64,000 bases of DNA from Eledone cirrhosa (Eukaryota). Both the position numbers and the translations under genes were made by a program. Below the pieces are notes generated by a model. It did not search any database, had not been told where the DNA came from, and saw only the letters and a program-made list of their open reading frames with translations. The stretch is taken from positions 8,494,001 through 8,558,000 of the forward strand of contig OZ024740.1 of the NCBI GenBank assembly GCA_964016885.1, read 5' to 3'. Shown here piece after piece: positions 10,301-23,200 of this stretch (within the stretch, counting starts at the first letter, position 1; every line of letters starts with the position of its first letter).

Positions 10301-12147
10301 TTGGTATATCAGTTTCTATAGGTATGTTAGTTTCTATTGATATATCAGTTTCGACTGGTATATCAGTTTCGATTAGAAAGTCAGTTTCGATTGTTATGTC
10401 AGTTTCGATTTGTATATCAGTTCCGATTGGTATGTCAGTTTCGATTGGTATGTCAGTTTCGATTGGTATATCAGTTTCGATTAGTATGTCAGTTTTGATT
10501 GGTATGTCAATTTCGATTGGTATATCAGTTTCTATAGGTATGTCAGTTTCGATTGTTATGTCAGGTTCTATTGGTATATCAGTTTCGATTGGTATATCAG
10601 CTTCGATTAGTATATCAATTTCTATTGGTATGTCAGTTTCGATTTGTATATCAGTTTCTATTGGTACGTCAGTTTCTATTGGTATATCAGCTTCGATTGG
10701 TATATCAGTTTCGATTAGTATGTCAGTTTCTAATGGTATGTCAGTTTCGATTAGTATATCAGTTTATATTGGTATATCAGTTCCTATTGGTATGTCAGTT
10801 TCGATAGGTATGTCAGTTTCTATTGGTATGTCAGTTTCGATTGGTATATCAGTTTCGATTGGTATGTCAATTTCTATTGTTATATCAGTTTCTATTTGTA
10901 TGTCAGTTAGGATAGGTATGTCAGTTTCTATTGGTATATCAGTTTCGATTGGTATGTCAGTTTCTATTGGTATGTCAGTTTCTATTGGTATATCACTTTC
11001 AATTGGTATGTCAGTTCCGATTGCTATGTCAGTTTCGATTGGTATGTCAGTCTCGATTGGTATGTTAGTCCTCGAATGTTATGTCAGTTTCTATTGGTAT
11101 ATAAGTTTTGATTGGTATGACAATTTCAATTAGTATATCAGTTTCTATTGGGATATCAGTTTCGAATGATATGTCAGTTTTCGATTTGTATATCAGTTTA
11201 TATTGGTATATCAGTTTCGATTGGTATGTCAGTTTCTATTGTTATATCAGTTTCTATTGGTATGTCAGTCTCTATTGGTATATCAGTTTCGATCGGTATA
11301 TCAGTTTCGATGGTATGTTAGTTTCTATTGGTATATCAGTTTCGATTGAAATATCAGTTTCTATTGGTATATCAGTTTCGATCGGTATATCAGTTTTGAT
11401 GGTATGTTAGTTTCTATTGGTATATCAGTTTCAAGTGAAATATCAGTTTCTATTGGTATATCAATTTCGATTGGTATATTTGTTTCAATTAGTATATTAG
11501 TTTCTATAGGTATGTCATTTTCTATTGGTATATCAGTTTCGACTGGTATATCAGTTTCGACTAGAATGTCAGTTTCGATTGTTATGTCAGTTTCTATTGA
11601 TATATCAGTTTTGATTGGTATACCAGTCTCGAATGTTATATCAGTTTCTATTAGTATATCAGTTTCGATTGGTATTTCAGTTTCTATTGGTATATCAGTT
11701 TCAATTGATATGTCAGTTTCTATTGGTATATCAGTTTCAATTGGTATGTTTGTTTCTATTGGTAAGTCAGTTTCGATTAGTATATCAGTTTCGATTGGTA
11801 TATCATTTTCGATTGGTATATCACTTTCTATTGGTATATCAGTTTCGATTGGTATGTCAGTTTCGATTAGTATATCAGTTTCTATTTGTATGTCAGTTTC
11901 TATTGGTATATCAGTTTCTATTGGTATATAAGTTTCTATTGGTATATCAGTTTCCTTTGGTATGTCAGATTCGATTGGTATGTCAGTTCCGATTGGTATG
12001 TCAGTTTCGATTGGTATATAAGTTTCTATTGGTATATCAGTTTCCATTGGTATGTCAGATTCGATTGGTATGTCAGTCTCTATTGGTATATCTGTTTCGA
12101 TTGGAAGGTCAGTTTCTATTGGTATGTCAGTTTTTATTAGTATATCA

Positions 12148-12498
12148 GGAGGCACATGGATTAGTGGTTAGAGCATTGGCCTTGCAATCGAAAGGTTGTG
12201 AGTTCAATTCTCATACCGGGTGATGTGTTGTTTCCTTGAGAAAAAGACACTTTATTTCACATTGCTCCAGTTTACTCAGCTGTAGAAATGAGATGATAGG
12301 GACTGGTGTCCTTATAATTCCACTGCAAAGTGCTCGTGGAGGTGCCACGGCAAAAAAGCACCCAGCACTCACTATAAAAGAGGTTGGTGTTAGGAAGGGC
12401 ATCCAGCTGTAGAAATCAAGCCAGAATCAGTTTTCGTCCCACCCTTGCAAGCAGGGAAAAGCGGACGTAAAATGATGATGATGATGATGATGGTGATG
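12148..12498 (+). mobile_element. SINE copy duplicated from the 5103 insertion by array duplication, (ATG)7 tail
   Basis: It has the same junctions and flanking monomer variants as 5103-5468 (offset 7045). I counted three substitutions by eye, and the tail is 15 bp shorter. Confidence 0.9.
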
Positions 12499-14404
12499 TC
12501 TGTTTCTATTGGTATATTAGTTTTTATTGGTATATCAGTTTCGATTGGGATGTCAGTTTCGATTGGTATGTCAGTTTCGATTGGTATATCAGTTTAGATT
12601 GTTATGTCAGTTTCGATTGCTATATCAGTTTCAAATGGTATGTCAATCTCGATCGGTATGTCAGTTTCGATTGGTATATCACTTTCTATGTCGGTTTCTA
12701 TTGGTATATCAGTTTTGATTGTTATATCAGTTTCGATTGGTATATCAGTTTCTATTAGTATGTCAGTTTCTATTGGTATATCAGTTCCTATTGGTATGTC
12801 AGTTTCGACTGGTATGTCAGTTTCGATTGGTATGTTAGTCCTTGATTTGTATGTCAGTTTCTATTGGTATATCAGTTTTGATTGGTATATCAGTTTCAAT
12901 TTGTTTGTCAGTTTCTATTTGTATATCAGTTTCTATTGGTATGTCAGTTTCGATTGGTATGTCAGTTTCTATTTGTATATCAGTTTCGATTGGTATATCA
13001 GTTTCTATTGGTATATCACTTTTGATTGGTATATCAGTTTCAATTTGTTTGTCAGTTTCGATTGGTATGTCAGTTTCTATTGGTATATCAGTTTCGATTG
13101 GTATGTCAGTTTCTATTGGTATGTCAGTTTCGATTATTATATCATTTACTAATGGTATGTCAGTTTCAATTAGTATGTCAGTTTCTATTGGTATATCAGT
13201 TTCGATTAGTATATTAGTATTCTATTGGTATGTCAGTTTCTATTGGTATATCAGTTTCGATTGGTATGTCTGTTGCGATTGGTATGTCAGTTTCGATTGG
13301 TATATTAGTTCCGATTGGTATGTCAGTTTCCATTGGTATGTCAGTTTCGATTGGTATATCAGTTTCCATTGGTATGTCAGTTTCGTTTGGTATGTCAATT
13401 TCGATTGGTATATCAGTTTAGATTAGTATGTCAGTTTCTATTGGTATATCAGTTGCGATTGGTATATTAGTTTCTATTGGTATGTCAGTTTGAATTAGTA
13501 TATCAGTTTCTATTGGTATGTTAGTTTCGATTGTTATGTTAGTCCTCGAATTGTATGTCAATTTCAATTAGTATGTCAGTTTCGATTGGTATGTCAGTTT
13601 CGATTAGTATATCAGTTTCTATTGGTATGTCAGTTTCGATTGGTATGTCAGTTTCGATTAGTATATCAGTTTCTATTGGTATGTCAGTTTCGATTGGTAT
13701 GTCAGTTTCTATTAATATATCAGTTTCGATTGGTATATCAGTTTCGATTGGTATATCAGTTTCGATTGGTACGTCAGTTGTTATTGGGATATCAATTTCG
13801 ATTGGTATGTCAGTTTCGATTGGTATGTCAGTTTCGATTGGAATATCAGTTCCGATTGGTGTGTCAGTTTCGATTGGTAAGTCAGTTTCAAATTGTATAT
13901 CAGTTTCGATTGGTATTTCAGTTTCGATTGGTATGTCAATTTCGATAGGTATATCAGTTTAGATTAGTATATCAGTTTCTATTGGTATGTCAATTTCAAT
14001 TAGTATATCAGTTTCTATTGGTATGTCAGTTTCCATTGGTATATCAGTTTCAATTGGTATGTCAATTTAAATTAGTATATCAGTTTCTATTGGTATATCA
14101 GTTTCGATTGGTATGTCAGTTTTGATTTGTATATCAGTTTCTATAGATATGTCAGTTTCTATTGGTATATCATTTTCGATTGGTATATCAGTTTCGATTG
14201 TATGTCAGTTTCGATTGGTATGTCAGTTTCTATTGGTATATCAGTTTCGATTGATATATCAGTTTTGATTGGTATGTCAGTTTCTACTGGTATGTCAGTT
14301 TCGATTAGTATATCACTTTCTATCGGTATGTCAGTTTCAATTGGTATGTCAGTTTCTATTGGTATATCAGTTTCGATTGGTATATCAGTTTCGATTAATA
14401 TATC

Positions 14405-14468
14405 CCCCGTCCAAACCCATGCAAGCGTGGAACACGGACGTTAAACGTTGATGATGATGATGATGATG
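14405..14468 (+). mobile_element. 64-bp retroposon 3' stub, duplicated copy
   Basis: Same flanks as 7327-7390 (offset 7078). It reads CGTGG where the 7327 copy reads CGTAG. Confidence 0.85.
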
Positions 14469-16076
14469 ATATCAATTTCTATTGGTTTGTCAGTTTCGAT
14501 TAGAATATCAGATTCGATTGGTATATTCGTTTCGATTGGTATGTCAATTTCAATTAGTATATCAGTTTCTATTGGTATGTCAGTTTCTATTGTTATATCA
14601 GTTTCGATAGGTATATCAGTTTCGATTGGTATGTAAGTTTCGATTGGTATGTCAGTTTCGATTGGTATGTCAGTTTCGATTGGTATATCAGTTTCTATTG
14701 TTATGTCAGTTTCTATTAGTATGTCAGTTTCGATTGGTATATCAGTTTCTATTGGTATATCACTTTTGATTGGTATATCAGTTTCAATTTGTTTGTCAGT
14801 TTCGATTGGTATGTCAGTTTCTATTGGTATATCAGTTTCGATTGGTATGTCAGTTTCTATTGGTATGTCAGTTTCGATTATTATATCATTTACTATTGGT
14901 ATGTCAGTTTCAATTAGTATGTCAGTTTCTATTGGTATATCAGTTTCGATTGGTATATCAGTTTCGATTAGTATTTCAGTTTCGATTAGTATATTAGTAT
15001 TCTATTGGTATGTCAGTTTCTATTGGTATATCAGTTTCGATTGGTATGTCTGTTGCGATTGGTATGTCATTTTCGATTGGTATATTAGTTCCGATTGGTA
15101 TGTCAGTTTCCATTGGTATGTCAGTTTCGATTGGTATATCAGTTTCCATTGGTATGTCAGTTTCGTTTGGTATGTCAATTTCGATTGGTATATCAGTTTA
15201 GATTAGTATGTCAGTTTCTATTGGTATATCAGTTGCGATTGGTATATTAGTTTCTATTGGTATGTCAGTTTGAATTAGTATATCAGTTTCTATTGGTATG
15301 TTAGTTTCGATTGTTATGTTAGTCCTCGAATTGTATGTCAATTTCAATTAGTATGTCAGTTTCGATTGGTATGTCAGTTTCTATTAATATATCAGTTTCG
15401 ATTGGTATATCAGTTTCGATTGGTATATCAGTTTCGATTGGTATGTCAGTTGTTATTGGTATATCAATTTCGATTGGTATGTCAGTTTCGATTGGTATGT
15501 CAGTTTCGATTGGAATATCAGTTCCGATTGGTGTGTCAGTTTCGATTGGTAAGTCAGTTTCAAATTGTATATCAGTTTCGATTGGTATTTCAGTTTCGAT
15601 TGGTATGTCAATTTCGATAGGTATATCAGTTTAGATTAGTATATCAGTTTCTATTGGTATGTCAATTTCAATTAGTATATCAGTTTCTATTGGTATGTCA
15701 GTTTCCATTGGTATATCAGTTTCAATTGGTATGTCAATTTAAATTAGTATATCAGTTTCTATTGGTATATCAGTTTCGATTGGTATGTCAGTTTTGATTT
15801 GTATATCAGTTTCTATAGATATGTCAGTTTCTATTGGTATATCATTTTCGATTGGTATATCAGTTTCGATTGTATGTCAGTTTCGATTGGTATGTCAGTT
15901 TCTATTGGTATATCAGTTTCGATTGATATATCAGTTTTTATTGGTATGTCAGTTTCTACTGGTATGTCAGTTTCGATTAGTATATCACTTTCTATCGGTA
16001 TGTCAGTTTCAATTGGTATGTCAGTTTCTATTGGTATATCAGTTTCGATTGGTATATCAGTTTCGATTAATATATC

Positions 16077-16140
16077 CCCCGTCCAAACCCATGCAAGCGT
16101 GGAACACGGACGTTAAACGTTGATGATGATGATGATGATG
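16077..16140 (+). mobile_element. 64-bp retroposon 3' stub, duplicated copy
   Basis: Same insert and near-identical flanks, 1672 bp after the 14405 copy. Confidence 0.85.
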
Positions 16141-17766
16141 ATATTAATTTCTATTGGTTTGTCAGTTTCGATTAGAATATCAGATTCGATTGGTATATTC
16201 GTTTCGATTGGTATGTCAATTTCAATTAGTATATCAGTTTCTATTGGTATGTCAGTTTCTATTGTTATATCAGTTTCGATTGGTATGTAAGTTTCGATTG
16301 GTATGTCAGTTTCGATTGGTATATCAGTTTCTATTGTTATGTCAGTTTCTATTAGTATGTCAGTTTCGATTGGTATATCAGTTTCTATTGGTATATCACT
16401 TTTGATTGGTATATCAGTTTCAATTTGTTTGTCAGTTTCGATTGGTATGTCAGTTTCTATTGGTATATCAGTTTCGATTGGTATGTCAGTTTCTATTGGT
16501 ATGTCAGTTTCGATTATTATATCATTTACTATTGGTATGTCAGTTTCAATTAGTATGTCAGTTTCTATTGGTATATCAGTTTCGATTGGTATATCAGTTT
16601 CGATTAGTATTTCAGTTTCGATTAGTATATTAGTATTCTATTGGTATGTCAGTTTCTATTGGTATATCAGTTTCGATTGGTATGTCTGTTGCGATTGGTA
16701 TGTCAGTTTCGATTGGTATATTAGTTCCGATTGGTATGTCAGTTTCCATTGGTATGTCAGTTTCGATTGGTATATCAGTTTCCATTGGTATGTCAGTTTC
16801 GTTTGGTATGTCAATTTCGATTGGTATATCAGTTTAGATTAGTATGTCAGTTTCTATTGGTATATCAGTTGCGATTGGTATATTAGTTTCTATTGGTATG
16901 TCAGTTTGAATTAGTATATCAGTTTCTATTGGTATGTTAGTTTCGATTGTTATGTTAGTCCTCGAATTGTATGTCAATTTCAATTAGTATGTCAGTTTCG
17001 ATTGGTATGTCAGTTTCGATTAGTATATCAGTTTCTATTGGTATGTCAGTTTCGATTGGTATGTCAGTCTCTATTAATATAACAGTTTCGATTGGTATAT
17101 CAGTTTCGATTGGTATATCAGTTTCGATTGGTATGTCAGTTGCTATTGGTATATCAATTTCGATTGGTATGTCAGTTTCGATTGGTATGTCAGTTTCGAT
17201 TGGAATATCAGTTCCGATTGGTGTGTCAGTTTCGATTGGTAAGTCAGTTTCAAATTGTATATCAGTTTCGATTGGTATTTCAGTTTCGATTGGTATGTCA
17301 ATTTCGATAGGTATATCAGTTTAGATTAGTATATCAGTTTCTATTGGTATGTCAATTTCAATTAGTATATCAGTTTCTATTGGTATGTCAGTTTCTATTG
17401 GTATATCAGTTTCAATTGGTATGTCAATTTAAATTAGTATATCAGTTTCTATTGGTATATCAGTTTCGATTGGTATGTCTGTTTTGATTTGTATATCAGT
17501 TTCTATAGATATGTCAGTTTCTATTGGTATATCATTTTCGATTGGTATATCAGTTTCGATTGTATGTCAGTTTCGATTGGTATGTCAGTTTCTATTGGTA
17601 TATCAGTTTCGATTGATATATCAGTTTTGATTGGTATGTCAGTTTCTACTGGTATGTCTGTTTCGATTAGTATATCACTTTCTATCGGTATGTCAGTTTC
17701 AATTGGTATGTCAGTTTCTATTGGTATATCAGTTTCGATTGGTATATCAGTTTCGATTAATATATC

Positions 17767-17830
17767 CCCCGTCCAAACCCATGCAAGCGTGGAACACGGA
17801 CGTTAAACGTTGATGATGATGATGATGATG
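17767..17830 (+). mobile_element. 64-bp retroposon 3' stub, duplicated copy
   Basis: Same insert and flanks, 1690 bp after the 16077 copy. Confidence 0.85.
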
Positions 17831-20279
17831 ATATCAATTTCTATTGGTTTGTCAGTTTCGATTAGAATATCAGATTCGATTGGTATATTCGTTTCGATTG
17901 GTATGTCAATTTCAATTAGTATATCAGTTTCTATTGGTATGTCAGTTTCTATTGTTATATCAGTTTCGATAGGTATATCAGTTTCGATTGGTATGTAAGT
18001 TTCGATTGGTATGTCAGTTTCGATTGGTATGTCAGTTTCGATTGGTATATCAGTTTCTATTGTTATGTCAGTTTCTATTAGTATGTCAGTTTCGATTGGT
18101 ATGTCAGCTTCGATTTGTATATCAGTTTCTATAGGTATGTCAGTTTCTATTGGTATATCAGTTTCGATTGGTATATCAGTTTCGATTGTATGTCAGTTTC
18201 TATTGGTATATCAGTTTCGATTGGTATAACAGTTTCGATTGTATGTCAGTTTCGATTGGTATATCAGTTTTGATTGATATATCAGTTTCTATTGGTTTGT
18301 CAGTTTCTACTGGTATGTCAGTTTCGATTAGTATATCACTTTCTATTGGTATGTCAGTTTCAATTGGTATGTCAGTTTCTATTGGTATATAAGTTTCGAT
18401 TGGTATATCAGTTTTTCGATTAGTATATCAATTTCTATTGGTATGTCAGTTTCGATTAGTATATCCCTTTCGATTAGTATGTCAGTTTCGATTGGAATGT
18501 TAGTTTCGATTGGTATGTCAGTTTCGATAGGTATGTCAGTTTTTATTGGTATATCAGTTTCTATTGGTTTATCAGTTTTGATTGGTATGTCAATTTCAAT
18601 TAGTATATCAGTTTATATTGGTATGTCAGTTTCTATTGGATTATCAGTTTCGATAGGTATATCAGTTTCGATTGGTATGTCAGTTTCGATTTGTATCTCA
18701 TTTTCGATTGGTATATCGGTTTCGATTGGTATATCACTTTCTATTGGTATGTCAGTTTCGATTGGTATATAAGTTTCTATTGGTATATCAGTTTTCATTG
18801 GTAGGTCAGTTTCTATTGGTATGTCAGTTTTGATTAGTATATCAGTTACTATTGGTATGTCAGTTTCTATTGGTATATCAGTTCATATTGGTATGTCAGT
18901 TTCGATCCGTATGTCAGTTTTGATTGGTATGTTAGTCCTCGATTTGTATGTCAGTTTCTAATGGTATATCAGTTTTGATTGGTATATCAGTTTCAATTTG
19001 TATGTCAGTTTGTATTGTTATATCAGTTTCTATTGGTATGTCAGTTTTTATTGGTATATCAGTTTTCATTGGTATGTCAGTTTCTATTCGTATTTCAGTT
19101 TCGATTATTATATCAGTTACTATTGGTCTGTCAGTTTGGATTGCTATGTCAGTTTCGATTGGTATGTCAGTTGCGATTGGTATGTCAGTTTTGATTGGTA
19201 TATTAGTTCCGATTGGTATGTCAGTTTCCATTGGTATGTCAGTTTCGATTGGTATATTAGTTCCGATTGGTATGTCAGTTTCGTTTGGTATGTCAATTTC
19301 GATTGGTATGTCAGTTTCGAGTGGTATGTCAGTTTCTACTGGTATATAAGTTTCGATTGATATATCAGTTTCGATTAGTATGTCAGTTTCTACTGGTATG
19401 TCAGTTTCGATTAGTATATCAGTTTCTATTGGTATGTCAGTTTCGATTGGTATATCAGTTTCGATTTGTATATCAGTTCCTATTGCTATATCTGTTTCTA
19501 TTGGTATGTCAGTTTCAATTGGCATGTCAGTTTCGATTGGTATGTCAGTTTCGATTGGTTTATCAGTTCCGATTGGTATGTAAGTTTTGATTGGTATGTC
19601 AGTTTCGATTGGTATATCAGTTTCGATTGGTATATCAGTTTCTATTGGTATGTCAGTTTCTATTGGTATGTCAGTTTCGATTGATATATCAGTTTCGAAT
19701 AGTAAGTCAGTTTCTACTGGTATGTCAGTTTCGATTAGTATATCAGTTTCTATTGGTATGTCAGTTTCGATTGGTATATCAGTCTCGATTTGTATATCAA
19801 TTCCTATTGCTATATCAGTTTCTATTGGTATGTAAGATTCAATTGGTATGTAAGTTTCGATTGATGTATCAGTTTCGATTGGTACGTCAATTTCGATTGG
19901 TATATCAGTTTCGATTGGTATGTCAATTTCAATTAGTATATCAGTTTCTATTGGTATATCAGTTTCGATTTGTATGTCAGTTTCGATTAGTATATCAGTT
20001 TCTATAGGTATGTCAATTTCTATTGGTATATCTGTTTCGATTGGTATATCAGTTTCTATTGGTATATCAGTTTCGATTGATATATCAGTTTCGATTAGTA
20101 TGTCAGTTTCTACTGGTATGTCAGTTTCGATTAGTATATCAGTTTCTATTGGTATGTCAGTTTCTATTGGTATATCAGTTTCGATTGGTATATCAGTTTC
20201 GATTAGTATGTCAGTTCCTATTGGTATGTTAGTTTCGATTACTACATCAGTTTCTATTGGTTTGTCAATTTCAATCGGT

Positions 20280-23200
20280 ATGTCAGTTTAGATTGGTATA
20301 TCAGTTTCTATTGCTATATCAGTTTCTATTGGTATGTCAGTTTCGATTGGTATGTCAGTTGCTATTGGTATATCAGTTTCGATTCGTATGTCAACTTCTA
20401 TTGGTATGTCAGTTTCGATTAATTATATCAGTTACTATTGGTATGTCAGTTTCGATTGGTACGTCAGTTTCGATTGGTATGTCAGTTTCGATTGGTATGT
20501 CAATTTCTATTGGTATGTCAGTTTCGATTAGTATATCAGTTTCTATTGGTATGTCAGTTTCGATTGGTATGTCAATTTCTATTGGTATATCAGTTTCGAT
20601 TGGTATATCAGTTTCATTTGGTATATAAGTCTTGATTGGTATGTCAGTTCCTATTAGTATATCAGTTTCTATTGGTATGTCAGTTTAGATTGGTATATCA
20701 ATTTCGATTGGTATGTCAGTTTCTATCGTTTTATCAGTCACTATTGGTATGTCAGTTTCGATAGGTATGTCAGTTTTTATTTGTATATCAGTTTCGATTG
20801 GTATGTCAGTTTTTATTGGTATGTCAGTTTCAATTATTATATAAAGTTACTATTGGTATGTCAGTTTCGATTGTTATCTCAGTTTCTATTGGTACGTCAG
20901 TTTCTATTGGTATGACAGTTTCGATTGGTATATCAGTTTCGATTGGTATATCATTTTCGACTAGTATGTCAGTTTCTATTGATTTTTCAGTAACGATTGG
21001 TATATCAGTTTCGATTGGTATGTTAGTTTCTTTAGGTATGTCAGTTTCTATTGGTATGTTAGTTTCGTTAGGTATGTCAGTTTCTATTGGTATATCAGTT
21101 TCGATTAGTATGTCAGTTTCGACTGGTATGTCAGTTTCGATTAGTATATCAGTTTCTATTGGTATATCAGTTTTGATTGGTTTATCAGTTTCGATTGGTA
21201 TATCAGTTTTGATTGGTTTATCAGTTCCTATTGTTATGTCAGTTTCAAATTGGTATATCAGTTTCGATTGGTATGTTAGTTTCGATTACTATTTCAGTTT
21301 CTATTGGTAAGTCAGTTTCTATCGGTATATCAGCTTTGATTGGTATATCAGTTTCAATTAGTATGTGAAGTTTCTATTGGTATATCAGTTACGATTGGTA
21401 TGTCAGTTTCGATTAGTATATGAGTTTCTATTGGTATGTCAGTTTCTATTAGTATATCAGTTTCAATTGGTATATCAGTTTCGATGGTATGTCAGTTTCG
21501 ATTGGTATATCAGTTTCTATTGGTATGTCAGTTTCGATTGGTATGTCAGTTTCGATTGGTATGTCAATTTCGATTGGTATATCAGTTTAGATTAGTATGT
21601 CAGTTTCTATTGGTATATCAGTTTCGATTGGTATATTAGTTTCGATTAGTATATCAGTTTCTATGGGTATGTTAGATTCTATTGGTATATAAGGTTCGAC
21701 TGGTATATCAGTTTCGATTAGATTATCAGTTTCAATTTGTATGTCAGTTTCTATTGGTATATGAGTTCCTATTGGTATGTCAGTTTCGATTGGTATGTCA
21801 GTTTCGATTGGTATATCAGTTTCGATTGGTATATCAGTTTCGATTTGTATATCAGATACTGTTGCTTTATCAGTTTCTATTGGTATGTCAGTTTCTATTG
21901 TTATATCAGTTTCTATTGGTATGTCAGTTTCGATAGGTATGTCAGTTTTTATTGGTATATCAGTTTTGATTGGTATGTCAGTTTGTATTGGTATGTCAGT
22001 TTCGATTATTATATCAGTTACTATTGGTATGTCAGTTTCGATTGATATGTCATTTTCGACTGGTATATCATTTTCTATTGGTATGACAGTTTCGATTGGT
22101 ATATCATTTTCGATTGGTATGTCAGTTTGGATTGGTATGTCAGTTTCGATTGGTATATCAGTTTCGATTAGTATGTTAGTTTCTATTGGTATATCAGTTT
22201 CGATTGGTATATCAGTTTCGACTGGTATGTCAGTTTCGATTAGTATATTAGTTTCTATTGGTATGTCAGTTTCTATTGGTATATCAGTTTCGATTGGTAT
22301 ATCAGTTTTTCGATTAGTATGTTAGTTTCTATTGGTATATATGTTTCGATTAGTATATCAGTTTCTATTGGTATGTCAGTTTCGTTTGGTATGTCAGTTT
22401 CTATTCATATATCTGTTTCGATTGGTATATCAGTTTCGAATGGAATATCAGTTTCGATTGGTATGTCAGTTTCAATTGGTATATCAGTTTCGATTGGTAT
22501 GTCAGTTTCTATTGGTATATCAGTTTCTATTGGTATGTCAGTTTTGATTGGTATATCAGTTTAGATTGGTATGTCAGTTTCGATTGGTATATCAATTTCG
22601 ATTGGTATGCCAGTTTCGATTATTATATCAGTTACTATTGGTATGTCAGTTTCGATTGGTATGTCAGTTTCGATTGGTATGTCAGTTTCGATTGGTATGT
22701 TAATTTCTATTGGTATGTCAGTTTCGATTAGTATATCAGTTACTATTGGTATGTCAGTTTTGATTGGTATGTCAGTTTCGATTGGTATGTCAATTTCTAT
22801 TGGTATGTCAGTTTCGATTAGTATATCAGTTTCTATTGGTATATCAGTTTCGATTGGTATATCAGTTTCGATTGGTATGTCAGTTCCTATTGGTATGTCA
22901 GTTTTGATAGGTATGTCAGATTTTATTTATATATCAGTTTCGATTGGTATGTCAGTTTCAATTATTATATAAAGTTACTATTGGTATGTCAGTTTCGATT
23001 GGTATCTCAGTTTCTATTGGTATGTCAGTTTCTATTGGTATGACAGTTTCGATTGGTATATCAGTTTCGATTGTTATATCAGTTTCGATTAGTATGTCAG
23101 TTTCTATTGATTTTTCAGTAACGATTGGTATATCAGTTTCGATTGGTATGTTAGTTTCGTTAGGTATGTCAGTTTCTATTGGTATGTCAGTTTCGTTAGG

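Larger units (their letters stand above)
960..15000 (+). repeat. Large tandem duplication (about 960-7930 vs about 8340-15000) carrying the SINE and stub; the LINE is in copy 1 only; a 1097-bp internal duplication (about 8790-10980) is in copy 2 only
   Basis: Rare variants and ORF-track pairs match at offsets 7380 (1056/8436), 8478 (2926/11404), 7045 (SINE), 7030 (5574/12604) and 7078 (7049/14127). The pair 8993/10090 gives offset 1097. Boundaries are approximate. Confidence 0.85.
12970..18090 (+). repeat. Three tandem copies of an about 1.7-kb higher-order unit, each containing the 64-bp stub
   Basis: Stubs at 14405, 16077 and 17767. ORF-track triplets at 13230/15010/16646 and 14127/15799/17489. 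Confidence 0.85.
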
